This document shows positions 1 to 12,211 of a stretch of 64,000 nucleotides of DNA, in pieces. The stretch is from Takakia lepidozioides (Eukaryota > Plantae > Bryophyta): assembly GCA_030704615.1 (NCBI GenBank), contig CM060733.1:17236001-17300000 (forward strand). Reading direction: 5' to 3'. Under the pieces are notes generated by a model. It was not told the origin of the DNA, did no database searches, and saw nothing but the letters and a program-made list of their open reading frames with translations. Position 1 is the stretch's first letter, and each line of letters begins with the position of its first letter. Made by a program: the position numbers and the translations under genes.

Positions 1-94
1 CTCTGCCTGTGGCTCAGGTAGTGTACGTCCATCACTACCCAGTATGTCCCGTTGCGACCCTCGTTGTCTGTCCCTCGTAGCATAGCCGTTATCA
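1..94 (-). repeat. 3' LTR (partial) of host gypsy element
   Basis: Exact match to 12968-13061; preceded on the minus strand by polypurine tract AAGAGGGGTGGGGAATAAA (95-113). Confidence 0.93.
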
Positions 95-95
95 T

Positions 96-930
96 TTATT
101 CCCCACCCCTCTTTTGAAATTGTGTCCGCACAATTTCGTCAGTTCCTGTACTTGTTGTATCTCTTGGGGATGTAAGGTGGTGGCATGCCTGTCTGCGAGG
201 TAGGAAGTGCGTCCCAGGACTGTTGAGTTTCTTCATCTCCAATTCACGCCCTTCATTCAACCAGGCTCTGGCTAAGGCTGCGTCTGCTGCATCCAACCCT
301 GCTTGCAATGTCAGCTTCTCCAGCTGTTGCTTCCATTCTTGTTCATTGCCTATGGCAATGTCTCTTTTTGTGGTGGCGGTAAACAGCCTGCTCTCAGCAT
401 TCTCCCTTTGCTTCAGCAGTGCAGTGTTGTTGTTGAGCCACTTGGTTCCCTGATCTCTGGCAGTCCTCAACTGCCCTTTGAGTGTCTCCACCTGCTGCTT
501 TAATGTTTGCACCTGCCCTGTGAGTGTTTCCACCCCTGTCTCTGTTTTCCGAGATCTCTCTCGCTCTGCATCGAGGTCGGCTTGGACATGGTGTGTTTCG
601 TCTCTCTGTCTTTCTCACTTTTGCTCCCACTCATCTCTGCGTTGTGCCAATGTGTTGTATTGGCGGAGTAAGGTTGACTTTTGATCTTCTAATGCTGCAA
701 TTGTAACCTCATGGTTACATACTGTTCTTGCAGTGGCCAATTCCCTCTGGTGCTTCTCTTTGATGTGGTCTAAGATCATGTTCAGGTTTTCCGAGCTGAT
801 GTAATCATTGGCCCTGTCCATACAAACTGTCAGTTGCCCCAATGCTTGTATTGCCTGCAGAATGACATTTTGTGGTGCTTCTTCTAACCCTGTGTCCCAT
901 GCTGTTGTATCTAAAACTTGTTGTGCTAGT
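96..930 (-). pseudogene. 3' extra ORF of gypsy element, coiled-coil protein, fused in frame to truncated RT
   Basis: Heptad-rich sequence (ETLTGQVQTLKQQVETLKGQLRTA). Same frame as ORF 615..2114 with a single TGA at 615-617. Ends at the PPT (..KRGGE*). Confidence 0.6.
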
Positions 931-2114
931 AGTAATTTATGGATAACCTCCACTTTCTTTGGATCTACCAGAATTCCTTGTTGGCACACAATGTGTCCCA
1001 ATAATAATCCTGAATTCACACAGAATGTACATTTTTCCGGGTTGAGACTTACTCCATTGTTTTTGCAGGCTTGTAGGCAAAGTTTTAACTGTGCCAAATG
1101 TTTGGATTTCTGTCCAAAGACACTGAAATCATCCAAAAATACCTGCATAAAATCATTGAGATAGTTCTTGAATATCTCAGATACTGCTCGTTGAAATGTG
1201 GCTGGTGCATTGCAAAGTCCAAATGGCATGACTCTGTAAGCATATGCTCCCCATTCAGTGATGAATGCGGTCTTTTCTCGGTCTTCTTCTGCCATCTGTA
1301 CCTGGTTGTACCCACTAAACCCATCCATGAATGAGTACATTTCATGTCCAGCCGCTGTGTCCAATACTATTTCAGTGAAAGGTAGTGGAAAAGGGTCTTT
1401 CTTGGTTCCTGCGTTTAACTTGCGGTAGTCTACACACACTCGTAGTTTTCCATTTTTCTTGGGTACTATCACAATGGGCGATAACCATTGTGGAGTCTCT
1501 ACTGGGTATATGAATCCTGCATCCAATAACTTCTTGATTTCTTCCCAAACTTTAGCTGCATAGTTGGGGTTCATTCTGTAACGGTTCTGACGAATTGGTT
1601 TTGTGTCAACTTCCAATTCAATTCGGTGCTGACAGATGTTAGAAGGTATCCCCTTCAAATCCTTGTAGTTCCAGGCAAATACATCCTTGTATTCAGTGAA
1701 TAATGCAGTGGCTTCTTGTAGAAATGATTCTTCGAGACCTGCACTTACTCGTATTATGTGTGGTTCTTCAACTGTTCCCAGATTCACTTGAATCAATTGA
1801 GTTTCTTCCGTTACTGTCCATCCTGCAATCTCTTGTCCGATGGTTGCAATTGTGGCAAGTACTTCACTGATTTGAATGTCTTCTTCCCTTTCTTGATAGA
1901 ACCGGGCCGGGTGTTGAGGTGTGTCTATCGCTTCTTCCTCTGGATCTTCATTTCTCGAAGTATTTGGTTCTCCTTGGGTGTTTACCATGTGACATCCTAC
2001 TGTTGTGGTATGCTTGACCACCAGTTGTCCAATAGGTTCCAACTGTGGATGTGTTGCGTATACTGTGGCTTCTTCTTCATCCGACAGTCCACTGGACCAA
2101 TCATATTCTTCCAC
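931..2114 (-). pseudogene. Gypsy reverse transcriptase (truncated, no RNaseH or integrase)
   Basis: SPIVIVPKKNGKLRVCVDYRKLN, MDGFSGYNQ, MPFGLCNAPATFQ, VFLDDF, LLGHIV motifs. Confidence 0.93.
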
Positions 2115-4529
2115 TATGCAAGGTCGTTTCTCTCGTGGAATGGTACCTCGTTGCTTCGTCGTGATGGTGACTTGTTCTGCTCCCTTATTTATTGTGAGAG
2201 TCTGACTTCCCCAATCGTGGTGTGATTAGGCTTGTGTTAACCATGGTCGGCCAAGTAGTAGTGAATATCCCTCTGCCACATCCTCCATTCTGAGAATGGT
2301 TACTGATATTTTGTATACTAGTCCTGCTACTTCCATTGCAAGTCGTCTGATGATCCCCAATGGCTGCACTTTTCATTGATCAGCCATTCGTACCGTGAAT
2401 GGAGTAGGTTCCATGTGCCCCAATCCTAATGACTTCTTCATCTTTTCTGTCATGATATTCACTCCTGATCCTCCATCGATGAGTACATTTGTTACCATCT
2501 TTCGTCCAATACGTACTTGTATTACGGGTACTGCTTCGTCGTAATCTGGAGTTTGTCGTATAGTTGTGGGTTTAATCGTGTAAACCTCTGGTGTTGGTTT
2601 TTGTTTTGGTGTGGGGGTCAATGCCTCGATCGCCCGAAATAAAGTTTTCTTGCAGTGTGGAGCAATTTTTAATAATTGTCCAATGGTAATTTGGGTCTTG
2701 GTCTGGCAGATTACTTCGGCCAATTCTGTTTCCGTGGTTGTATTCATGGTCTTCACCGTAGGTCTGATTTGCTTATCTTGAGTTGGCTCTCCAAAAGGTA
2801 TATGGGTTCCCTCTTGCATTTGAGCTATGGTTTTACTTACTTCCTGGTGTAAGCTCTTTTCCTCCTGCCATGCTGCACTTTCTGGATATTGTTTCCGTTC
2901 TTCTTCAATCTCCTTATTTGGAGGTTTTTGTTTCTTGGCCTGAGTTCGGGTTACCGCAAGAGTATCCACTACAGGGGTTACCACACTTACGGCTACACTT
3001 GGTCCAGCTTCCATATTTCCCACTTCTGCCTCATGCTTGATTCGCAACTGGCATTCATGTTTCCAGTGTCCCTCTTTCTTGCAATAGTGGAATCTCGTGC
3101 TTTCTTTGTTTCTGGGTTGATGTTCCCTATCCCTTGGTGGATATTCATTTCGTGGCCTTTGATAACGATTACCCATGTTGTATCGTCTTGGTTCGTCCGA
3201 TCCTCCCCGTCAGATTTGGACTTGGTGTACCCCCACCTCTCGTGTGTACCCAGTCTTCTTGGCCCGTTGGTTGTAAATACAATGGCTGGTATTATGATTG
3301 TTCATATGACAAATATCACAGTATTTGTCCTTCATATGGCATTCCGTTGCCAGGTGTCCTGCAGTCGCGCATTTGTGACACCATGTTGCCTTTCGTGGTC
3401 CTTCATCTTTAAAATTCTTGATAGCCTCTGCTATCTTCTGATCCAAAGTGGTTTTGTCAATCACTTCTTTCTTCTTTTGCTTGGGCTTTTCTTCATCATC
3501 AGAGTCTTCTTCTTCCAAGAGATCCTTGGAATCTTTGCTTCTGCTCTGATGGAATCCCAATTCCAACTTCTTTGTAGTCCCTACTGCTTCAGCCAAAGTG
3601 TTGTTAGGCTTGACTGTAACCATGGTTACGTATTCAGGACGAAGTCCATTGATGAACCATGATTTTTGCAAATCATCCTCTTGTGGTTGAGGTAGTTTCC
3701 TGATCAGAGTCTTCATTCTCTCCAGGTAGTCGACTACCAATTCCTTCTTTTTCTGTCTTGGGTTCTGTAATCCTCTGAAGATTTCAGACATGGATTTGTT
3801 GGATCTATATCTTTCTTGAAACGCGGCTCTCATATCCATCCAATTCGCAAAGTGATTAGCTGGGAAAGTCGCCAACCATTCAATGCTTTTCCGGGCCATT
3901 GAACAAGGAAATAGTCGGATCTTCTCTTGGTCTGTTGCTTCATTGTAAATGGTGCACATGTTTTCAAATTGATTAAGATGGATATCTAGATCAGATTTCC
4001 CATCATATAAAGGAAATGGTGGTCTGGTTTTGCTTGCTGCTAAAGCCATCGGTGCAGCTGGTGCAACTGGTTGTCCAAACTGGGATGGTCCCGCTGCTGC
4101 TGGCTGTGGTGGTGTTGGTGTTTGTCTTCCAAACAGTGATTCAAAGCTAGGAGGTCCTTGTCCCAATGATAGTCATCTCCCAGCTGCTGTCCCTACTAAG
4201 CTTAATGAATCTTTAAAAGCTTTGAGTGCAGTTCTGGTTATCCTTTCTGGAGAAGTGCTTTCATTTCTTTCACCTTCTTCACTCAAAATGTTCTCACATC
4301 TTTCTTCTAATATTTCAGCAAAACCTCTATTTGGGCTTCTTACTGTAGAAGGTCCTTCAGATTTTTCTTGTGGTAACCAATCACCAAGTACATTACTGGC
4401 AACTTCTTCTGGTGTAGTGTTCCCACTTTCCACCGATCCGATTTCCTGATCTTCTGGTTTATCACTGTTTGATGTCTCACCTTGAATAATTTTCAAGTTC
4501 TGTAATTCTGGAACTCTTCTCTTAACCAA
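2115..4529 (-). pseudogene. Gypsy gag + aspartic protease with frameshifts and stops
   Basis: Gag (YDGKSDLDIHL, WFINGLRP), zinc knuckles CHKCATAGHLATEC and YCKKEGHWKHEC, protease VLIDGGSGVNIM. Confidence 0.88.
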
Positions 4530-4680
4530 GCCTCCCTTTCTGCAGCATATTTCTCTATTCGTTCAGCTCTGTTTTGTTTAGCTTCTTTAATTTCCTCATT
4601 CATTCCCACATCATATGTAGAATTCCTTTTCAGTACCCTTTAAAACACTCTTGGTATGTCAGTCAAGAAAATTTATAGTG

Positions 4681-5407
4681 TGTCGCGGCCCTTTGCCTTG
4701 AGGGCAGGGAGGTCGGGACACAAGAGGGGCTGCCCCTGTGGTGGGGGCAGTAGCAGCGATAGGTATGGGGGCTGAAGCACCCTTGAGTGCCCAAGGCACT
4801 CAAGGAGGCGGAGGCGCTCACTAGGTGGAGCCCCGCACACCGGGTTGCGGTGGGGGTGGCTCCACAAGGGGTGGTGGTAGCTTAGCGGGACTTAGTGGGG
4901 GTGGCATAGGACTCACCATGGGGTGGAGACCTCGAGGTGGGAGTCGTGGGGAGTCTTGGGACTCATCACGGTCCATTGGGGCCGCGGTGAGTGGGCCAAG
5001 ACTCACCGCGACTCACCACCGGGAGTCGAGGGTCTTCGTGGTGGTTCACCATAAAATGGCATGGCTGGTTGTGAAACCCCCGCGGACAGCTACAGAAGTA
5101 TATATAAGGGGAGTAGTAACCCCGAGAACGGTGGAAGCCCGTTGGTGTCCAAAAACTAGTGAGTAAGCGTGCGAGCCGGAAAGCGACCAAAGAGTGGGGA
5201 GCTGTTCCGGACTGCCATCTACCAAAGGGAATTCCACTAGGCCCAAATAGGTGGAGGGTCTTTCGGGAGAGCGAAGGGGGACCGTTATGTCCCGGTGAGC
5301 AGCCGAAGCTCCGAGTTGGCCCGGCGGCCAGGTTGGGAGTCAGGCGCGCGCATCAAAGCGAGTAACTATGACTTGAAGGGGAGCTTACCGAAGTGAGGTG
5401 CGCGACA
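4681..5407 (+). repeat. 5' LTR of chromovirus
   Basis: TGTCGCGG...CGCGACA; direct repeat of 10928-11650. Confidence 0.96.
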
Positions 5408-5409
5408 CT

Positions 5410-5421
5410 TGGTATCAGAGC
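5410..5421 (+). promoter_or_regulatory. Primer binding site, initiator tRNA-Met
   Basis: TGGTATCAGAGC two bases after the LTR end. Confidence 0.95.
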
Positions 5422-5462
5422 TTAGAGTTCAGTACGCGATCGTCCTTGGGATTGGCCTCATC

Positions 5463-8400
5463 ATGGGGTCGGGCAAGCCAAAGCAAAAGCGGAACGGCCC
5501 AAAAAATGATGACCCTGGTGAGCCCGATGGGGGCGACGTGTCACCGAGGCGGCCGTTTGAGGAAGCGATGCATGCTTCTGAAAATGAGGCCGTGCAAGAG
5601 CGGGAGGAATCTGAGGAGTCGGAGCCCGAGGAATCCTGGAGAGCTCCGACAAACCAACAGATGCTTCCCATGCCGGCAGCCTTTTGGGAAGGGTTGCTGG
5701 CGCAGTTTGGCGGGACATTGAAAGACGTGTTGAAGGCGGCTAATGCCACTTCCACTAAGGCGAAGTTTAAGGTGAAGCCTAAGGAACCCGGCACCTTCGA
5801 GGGCGTCCGAAATCGGAAGGCACTCAACACCTGGCTCCTGGAGCTAGAGCAGTACTTCCAGGCGGCCAAGTTGAGTGACGAGGATCGGGTGGAAGTGGCT
5901 CCCACCTATTTGAGGGGCTATGCTCAACAATGGTGGCAGAAACGCCTTCACGACCAAGGTCCAAGCCCGGAAACCTTGAACTGGAGTGGGTTCAAGGAAT
6001 TGATGAAGAGACAGTTTGTGCCCCTCAACGCGTCCTGGCTCGCCCGGGACAAGATGAGGAATTTGAAGCAAACAGATGACATTCGGGGATATGTCCAGGC
6101 TTTCAATGTGTTGTTGCTCGAAGTCGCGGACATGGCGGAACCAGAAATGGTCTTCAACTTTGTGGCGGGATTGGCCTCATGGGCCAGGCGGAAGTTGGAG
6201 GAGAAGCCACCCAAGACTTTGAACGAGGCAATTGAGAGGGCTGATTGTTTCTCGGATGTCCCTAAGGGTGAGAGACAAGGCCGTACGGAGCTGAACCACA
6301 AGAAGACCCGGCGGGAAGGTGACTCCTTCCGACCGAAAAAGAAGTGGGATAGGCCACGCGGCGACAATGGCACGTGGAAATCGAAGGGAGGGCCTTCACA
6401 CGTCAAGGCGGCACCCGGTGCTTTGAAAGGAAAAGCGGGTGGAGCGGCTTATGGCGGACAGAAGGCAACCTTTGATGGAGTGTGTTTCAATTGCGGGGAG
6501 CCCGGGCACATGGCTAAGAAGTGCACAAAACCTCGACAATTGAACATGACTCGGGCAACCACGGAGCTGTCGGAAGATACCATCAGTCGCTTGGTGGAAG
6601 CGGTGGTCGCCAGGAATTGCAAGGTAGGCAACTATTCTTGTGAGTTGTATCAGGAAACTGGCGCCCTGCGTAAAGGGAGTCAGTTATTGTTCGTGGATGG
6701 GATAATATCCGGAACTAACGTGTCGTTGTTGGTGGACACAGGAGCGTCGCACTCCTTCATGACGTCGGCGGCGGCGCGAAAGTTGGGACTCCCGACAAGT
6801 GACGTGGGGGCCTCTATTGAGGTGCGTTCTGCCAAAGGAGAACCACAGTTGGCGACAAGGTTGGCGTTTGATGTTCCTCTTCAACTGGGGAGTTGGGAGG
6901 GATGTGAGAACTTCACCATCTGCGAGATCGATGGAGTAGATCTCATTTTGGGGATGACCTTTTTGAGCAAATCCGGAGCGGTCATAGATGGCCGCAAGAG
7001 AGTAGTCACGCTGCCATGTGGGAATGGTGGCGAGGTCTTACGAGTGTCGGAAACGCCCAAATCCATGGGAGGGCGAATAAACCTTCTGTCAGCAAGGAAG
7101 TGGGCCGTGGAGGAGACACACGAACCCCAATTTTTGCTTTACATTAGAGAAGTGAAGGGAGAAGGCGATGGGGAGCCGAGCCCAGATTGGATCAAGGGGA
7201 TTTTGGAGAAATACCAGGATGTGATGCCGGAGGATTTACCAAGCGGCTTGCCACCGCGAAGAGGAGTTGACCACAAGATTGAGATGATACCGGGAACGGA
7301 ACCGCCTGCCAAGGCACCCTACCGGTTAAGCCACAGGGAGTTGGTCGAGCTGAAGACTCAGCTCAAGGATCTAATGTCAAAGGGGTACATCCGGCCGAGT
7401 AAGTCACCTTACGGAGCCCCGGTGCTATTCGCAGACAAGAAGGATGGGACGCTGCGGATGTGTGTCGATTACAGGGCTCTGAATAAGGTGACTATCAAAA
7501 ACCGGTACCCTTTGCCAAGGATCGACGACCTCTTCGATCGGTTGGCAGGAGCGAAGTATTTCAGCCGGATCGACTTGCGCTCCGGCTATCATCAAATTCG
7601 GGTGGCGGAAGGAGATGAGGAGAAGACCGCATGCAGGACAAGGTATGGTTCATATGAGTTCTTGGTGATGCCTTTTGGGCTCACCAATGCACCAGCGACA
7701 TTTAGCACGCTGATGAACAGCCTTTTTCAGGAGTGGTTGGATGACTTTGTGATCGTGTACATCGACGACATCTTGGTGTACTCGAAAACAAAGGAGGAGC
7801 ACCTGGAGCACCTCAAAAGGGTGTTCCAAAAATTGCGAGAAGGGAAGCTGTATGCCAAAGCTTCAAAGTGCGAATTCGGGGTCACGAAAGTGGAGTTCTT
7901 GGGGCATGTGATTACACAGGATGGGATCAAAATGGATGACAGAAAGGTGAGGGCGATCTTGGACTGGGAGCCTCCGACTTCGGTCCCGGGAGTGCGATCC
8001 TTCCTAGGACTCGCCTCCTATTACCGGAAGTATGTGAGAAATTTCGCCAAGATCGCGGGGCCGCTGTCGGACCTTCTGTGTAAATTTAAAGTCTGGGCAT
8101 GGAACACCTTTTGTGGCCAAGCTTTTGCTGAATTGAAGCAGCGGATGGCGGAAGCTCCAGTCTTGAAAATCCCGGAGTTCGATCGTCCATTTGAGATTCA
8201 TACAGATGCGTCGGACTTCGCGATTGGGGGTGTACTGATGCAAGATGGACGTCCAGTGGCTTACGAAAGTAAGAAACTGAATGAAGTGGAGCGACGGTGG
8301 CCGACGCACAAAAAAGAGATGAAGGCGGTGGTGCATTGCCTTGAGCTTTGGCGCCACTATGTTGGTTCCAACCCAGTGAAGGTGTTCACGGACAATGTCA

Positions 8401-10022
8401 CGGTGAAGTATTTTGCCACGCAGCCCAAGTTGTCCCCAAAACAACTTAGGTGGCAAGATACTTTGGCGGTGTTCGACGTGGATATCCAGTACAAACCGGG
8501 ACGGGACAATGTGGTGGCCGATGCTTTAAGTAGAAAGCAGCAGCTCTTGTTGGTGTACAAGGGCGAGACGGCGCTCCAAAGGAAGATCCGGAAGGCTTGC
8601 CGGAAGGATGAGCTGGCGAAGTCCGTGATGCAGGACTTGAGGATGGGGGTTAAATCGCAGTTCCACTTGCAAAATGGACTGCTCCGGTATAAGCAAAAGC
8701 GTCTCTACGTGCCGAAGGGAGGGATCAGGATAGTCTCTTGAGAGAATGCCATGATAGCCCGCTTGCGGGCCACGGCGGAGCCAAGCGCACTGCGGCACTC
8801 TTGAAGAAAGAGTATTTCTGGCCCAAACTGAGGAAGGAGGCAGAGGAGTATGTCAAGACATGCACCACATGCCAACAAAACCGGAGCGAGTACAAAAAGC
8901 AAGCGGGGCTGTTACAACCCTTGCCGATTCCAGAGGGGACTTGGGAAAGCGTCTCGATGGATTTCATGACTGCTATGCCGCTGTCAAAAGGATTCGATGC
9001 AATCATGGTGGTGGTGGATAGGTTCAGTAAAATGGGTCCATTTCATCCCCACCAAGGAGACGGCAACGGCGCAGGAGACAGGGCGACTTTACTTCGTCCA
9101 CGTCTTAAAGCATCATGGAGTCCCGAAGGATATTGTCTCGGACCGCGATCCAAAGTTTACGAGTAAATTTTGGAGGGCACTTTGGAAGAAGATGGGGACG
9201 AGGCTGAAGATGAGCACCGCCTTCCGACCTACGACCGACGGCCAAACAGAAAGAGTGAATTCCGTAGTGAAGCAGATCTTGCGGAATTACGTGTCGGCAG
9301 ACCAAACAGACTGGTGGAACACTTAGACGCGGCAGAGTTCTGTTATAATAACACAGAACACTCCGCAACGGGAGTTTCCCCTTTCGTATTGGTCTATGGA
9401 AAAGCACCTCTGGTGCCGACAAGTTGGGCCGCCCAGACGTTGAGGAACCGGCAGTAGCGGCGGTACTGGAAGAACGCGAGCGTTTGTTGAAGCTCGCAAA
9501 GTACAACATTGCCAAAGCTAGGAAACGGTATGAAAGGCAGGCGAATCGGAAGCGGAGGGAAGTGAAGTTTGAGGCAGGCACAGAGGTCTGGTTGAACATC
9601 AAGAATTTCCGACTACCTCCGGAAGTGAGTCCAAGTTCGTACCTCCGTATGCGGGACCCTTTCGCATTCGGAAGGTTATGAATGAGGATGTGTATGAATT
9701 GGAGCTGCCGGCAAACAGCAAGGTGCACCCAGTATTCCATGTCTCCCTTTTGAAGCCTTACTTCAAAGATGAAGCGCGTCCAAATCGGCATCAAGTGTTG
9801 CGTCCGCCACCTATGCTGTTGGATCATGAAAATGAACCTGAGTACGAGGTGGAGGCAATACTTAAGTCGAGGAGGTTCAAGAACCGAGAAACGGAGTATC
9901 TCGTCAAATGGAAGGGCTATCATCATGTGGAGGCATCTTGGGTGCGTGCCTCAGAAATGGGAAACGCATCCGAGGCGGTTGCAGCTTTCGAAGGGCGACC
10001 TCAAAAGCGGAAGAAGCGTTGA
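5463..10022 (+). CDS. Chromovirus gag-pol polyprotein (frameshifts in integrase region)
   Basis: [14 protein letters not shown] knuckle, LVDTGAS protease, YIDDILV RT, HTDASD RNaseH, H-H-C-C and SMDF/SDRD/GQTE integrase, chromodomain [11 protein letters not shown]...YLVKWKGY. Several frameshifts after ~8735. Confidence 0.95.
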
Positions 10023-10927
10023 TGGGGACATCAACCTTGGAGCGTGGGGGAGGAAATGCATGCTTAGCCCGGCTTAGCTAGCTTAGGAATCCGATTGCAA
10101 AAACTTGTATTGTACAAAACGTGCTATAAATGAAATGGATTCCAAATGTTGTGCGTCCTATTTTGTTTGGAATGGTGATGCATGGTATGGTTGGCTAGTG
10201 TGTAGAATGCATGCTAGCTTATAAAAGTGGGAGAGGTAAATTGGGTTAATCGTGTGTTTGCGTAGTGCCGAAATCGGGTGACCCCCATCCAAGGGGCAAG
10301 GAAACTTGCGCCTTCTTTGGGAGTTCACGTGCTAGTGCGCACCTGGCGCGTGCGCGTACTATAACTGCGCTACCGAGGGGGTTGCCTTGTAGTGCGGGCT
10401 AACGCGGAAGCTACGTGCTTCCGTTCACGTACTATAATCGTGTAGCCTCGGGACGAAGTCGTAGTGCGGCTTCGGCGTGTTCCCGTACCTCAGGCCAGCA
10501 TTCCAAGGCGGACCCAATTGTAGTGATTGGGGCGCACGGTTGGTTCAAGGTTATCTTCCTAGTCAAAGAGGGTTCCAGGTGAACCCTTGCTCAAGGTGAT
10601 GCCAAAAGCGGCATCATGAGCGATCGCAAGCAATGTTGTTGCAGTAAGGCGATTCGATCCTCGGGGAGGATCGTTCCTTGGCCTTGAAGTAGGCCAAGAA
10701 GAGTGCACTGGGAGGAGCTTGAGAGGCTCCACCCTTGGCCGAGACTTGGAGGAAGTCGGCCGAACTAGCTAGTGGAGAGTAGAGTCAAGTGTGGGGTTTG
10801 GTTCTTTGCCATGGGACGCCATGGTACGGAAACAAACTCCTTGATGTGGGACGCCACAACTTGGATGTTTGTTTCTACAAAATGGACAAGTCGATGAGGA
10901 CATCGACTCCCTGTTGGTAGGGGTGTG

Positions 10928-11650
10928 TGTCGCGGCCCTTTGCCTTGAGGGCAGGGGGTCGGGACACAAGAGGGGCTGCCCCTGTGGTGGGGGCAGTAGC
11001 AGCGATAGGTACGGGGGCTGAAGCACCCTTGAGTGCCCAAGGCACTCAAGGAGGCGGAGGCGCTCACTAGGTGGAGCCCCGCACACCGGGTTGCGGTGGG
11101 GGTGGCTCCACAAGGGGTGGTGGTAGCTTAGCGGGACTTAGTGGGGGTGGCATAGGACTCACCATGGGGTGGAGACCTCGAGGTGGGAGTCGTGGGAGTC
11201 TTGGGACTCATCACGGTCCATTGGGGCCGCGGTGAGTGGGCCAAGACTCACCGCGACTCACCACCGGGAGTCGAGGGTCTTCGTGGTGGTTCACCATAAA
11301 ATGGCATGGCTGGTTGTGAAACCCCCGCGGACAGCTACAGAAGTATATATAGGGAGTAGTAACCCCGAGAACGGTGGAAGCCCGTTGGTGACCAAAAACT
11401 AGTGAGTAAGCGTGCGAGCCGGAAAGCGACCAAAGAGTGGGGAGTTGTTCCGGACTGCCATCTACCAAAGGGAATTCCACTAGGCCCAAATAGGTGGAGG
11501 GTCTTTCGGGAGAGCGAAGGGGGACCGTTATGTCCCGGTGAGCAGCCGAAGCTCCGAGTTGGCCCGGCGGCCAGGTTGGGAGTCAGGCGCGCGCATCAAA
11601 GCGAGTAACTATGACTTGAAGGGGAGCTTACCGAAGTGAGGTGCGCGACA
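10928..11650 (+). repeat. 3' LTR of chromovirus
   Basis: Direct repeat of 4681-5407, preceded by purine-rich GGTAGGGG tract and followed by TSD TAGTG. Confidence 0.96.
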
Positions 11651-11721
11651 TAGTGTCTCTACCCTTTCTTCAAGACTCATCCTATCTTGCAAGAATCCGT
11701 ATTACAACTTAATTTTCCTTT

Positions 11722-12210
11722 TTACTGATTGATCACCAAACTTTTTAAGGGCACAATAATACCATCTGTCTTTTTCAGTGTATCTGACTTGCAATAAGTC
11801 TTTGGGTATCCAGTACTCCACTGCTCTATGATCGTGTGACAATATTCATAATTTGAACATCCTTCTCTGAAAATATAACTAGTGTAACAAATTTTTCTGA
11901 TTGGGATTAGAGTAATCAATAGAGCTAGACGAGACAACCACTCTTCACTTCTAATCCTACATTCCCAAGGTGCTCGTGTAATACTGATCACTCCTCCCTT
12001 CAATCCCCATTTGTCATCTTCTTTCACGTCTGACAAAAAGATTTTCTGTTGTATTGCTCTTGGTAAACCATGAAAATTTTCCAGGAATGTTTTCCATTCC
12101 TTTGCTTCTGTTGACTCGTTCTGTCGTGATTTCAAGAAATCACTAAGTAACCATCCTTCTTTGAGTACTTTTGAACTCAACATACCGTTAGTCCCTAGTA
12201 TGGTCGCCAA
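11722..12210 (-). pseudogene. 5' extra ORF of host gypsy element, unknown product
   Basis: 162-codon ORF directly after the PBS. Protein-like reading resumes across the chromovirus insertion (..NEEIKEAKQNRAERIEKYAAEREAWLREEF, ~4510-4620). Confidence 0.4.
12191..12209 (-). promoter_or_regulatory. Primer binding site (tRNA-Arg-like)
   Basis: TGGCGACCATACTAGGGAC immediately after LTR end ...GTTAACA. Confidence 0.7.
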
Positions 12211-12211
12211 A

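Larger units (their letters stand above)
4681..11650 (+). mobile_element. Chromovirus Ty3/gypsy LTR retrotransposon (Tcn1/Galadriel-like), full length, nested insertion
   Basis: TG..CA LTRs 4681-5407 and 10928-11650, nearly identical. 5-bp TSD TAGTG (4676-4680, 11651-11655). Met PBS, gag-PR-RT-RH-INT-chromodomain. Confidence 0.97.

Noticed and set aside
5409-5462. gag-pol start at 5409
   Set aside because: TTG start overlaps the PBS; first ATG is at 5463.
10022-10927. Hammerhead ribozyme / retrozyme in the hairpin-rich UTR
   Set aside because: No CTGATGA...GAAA core found in the proper stem context.
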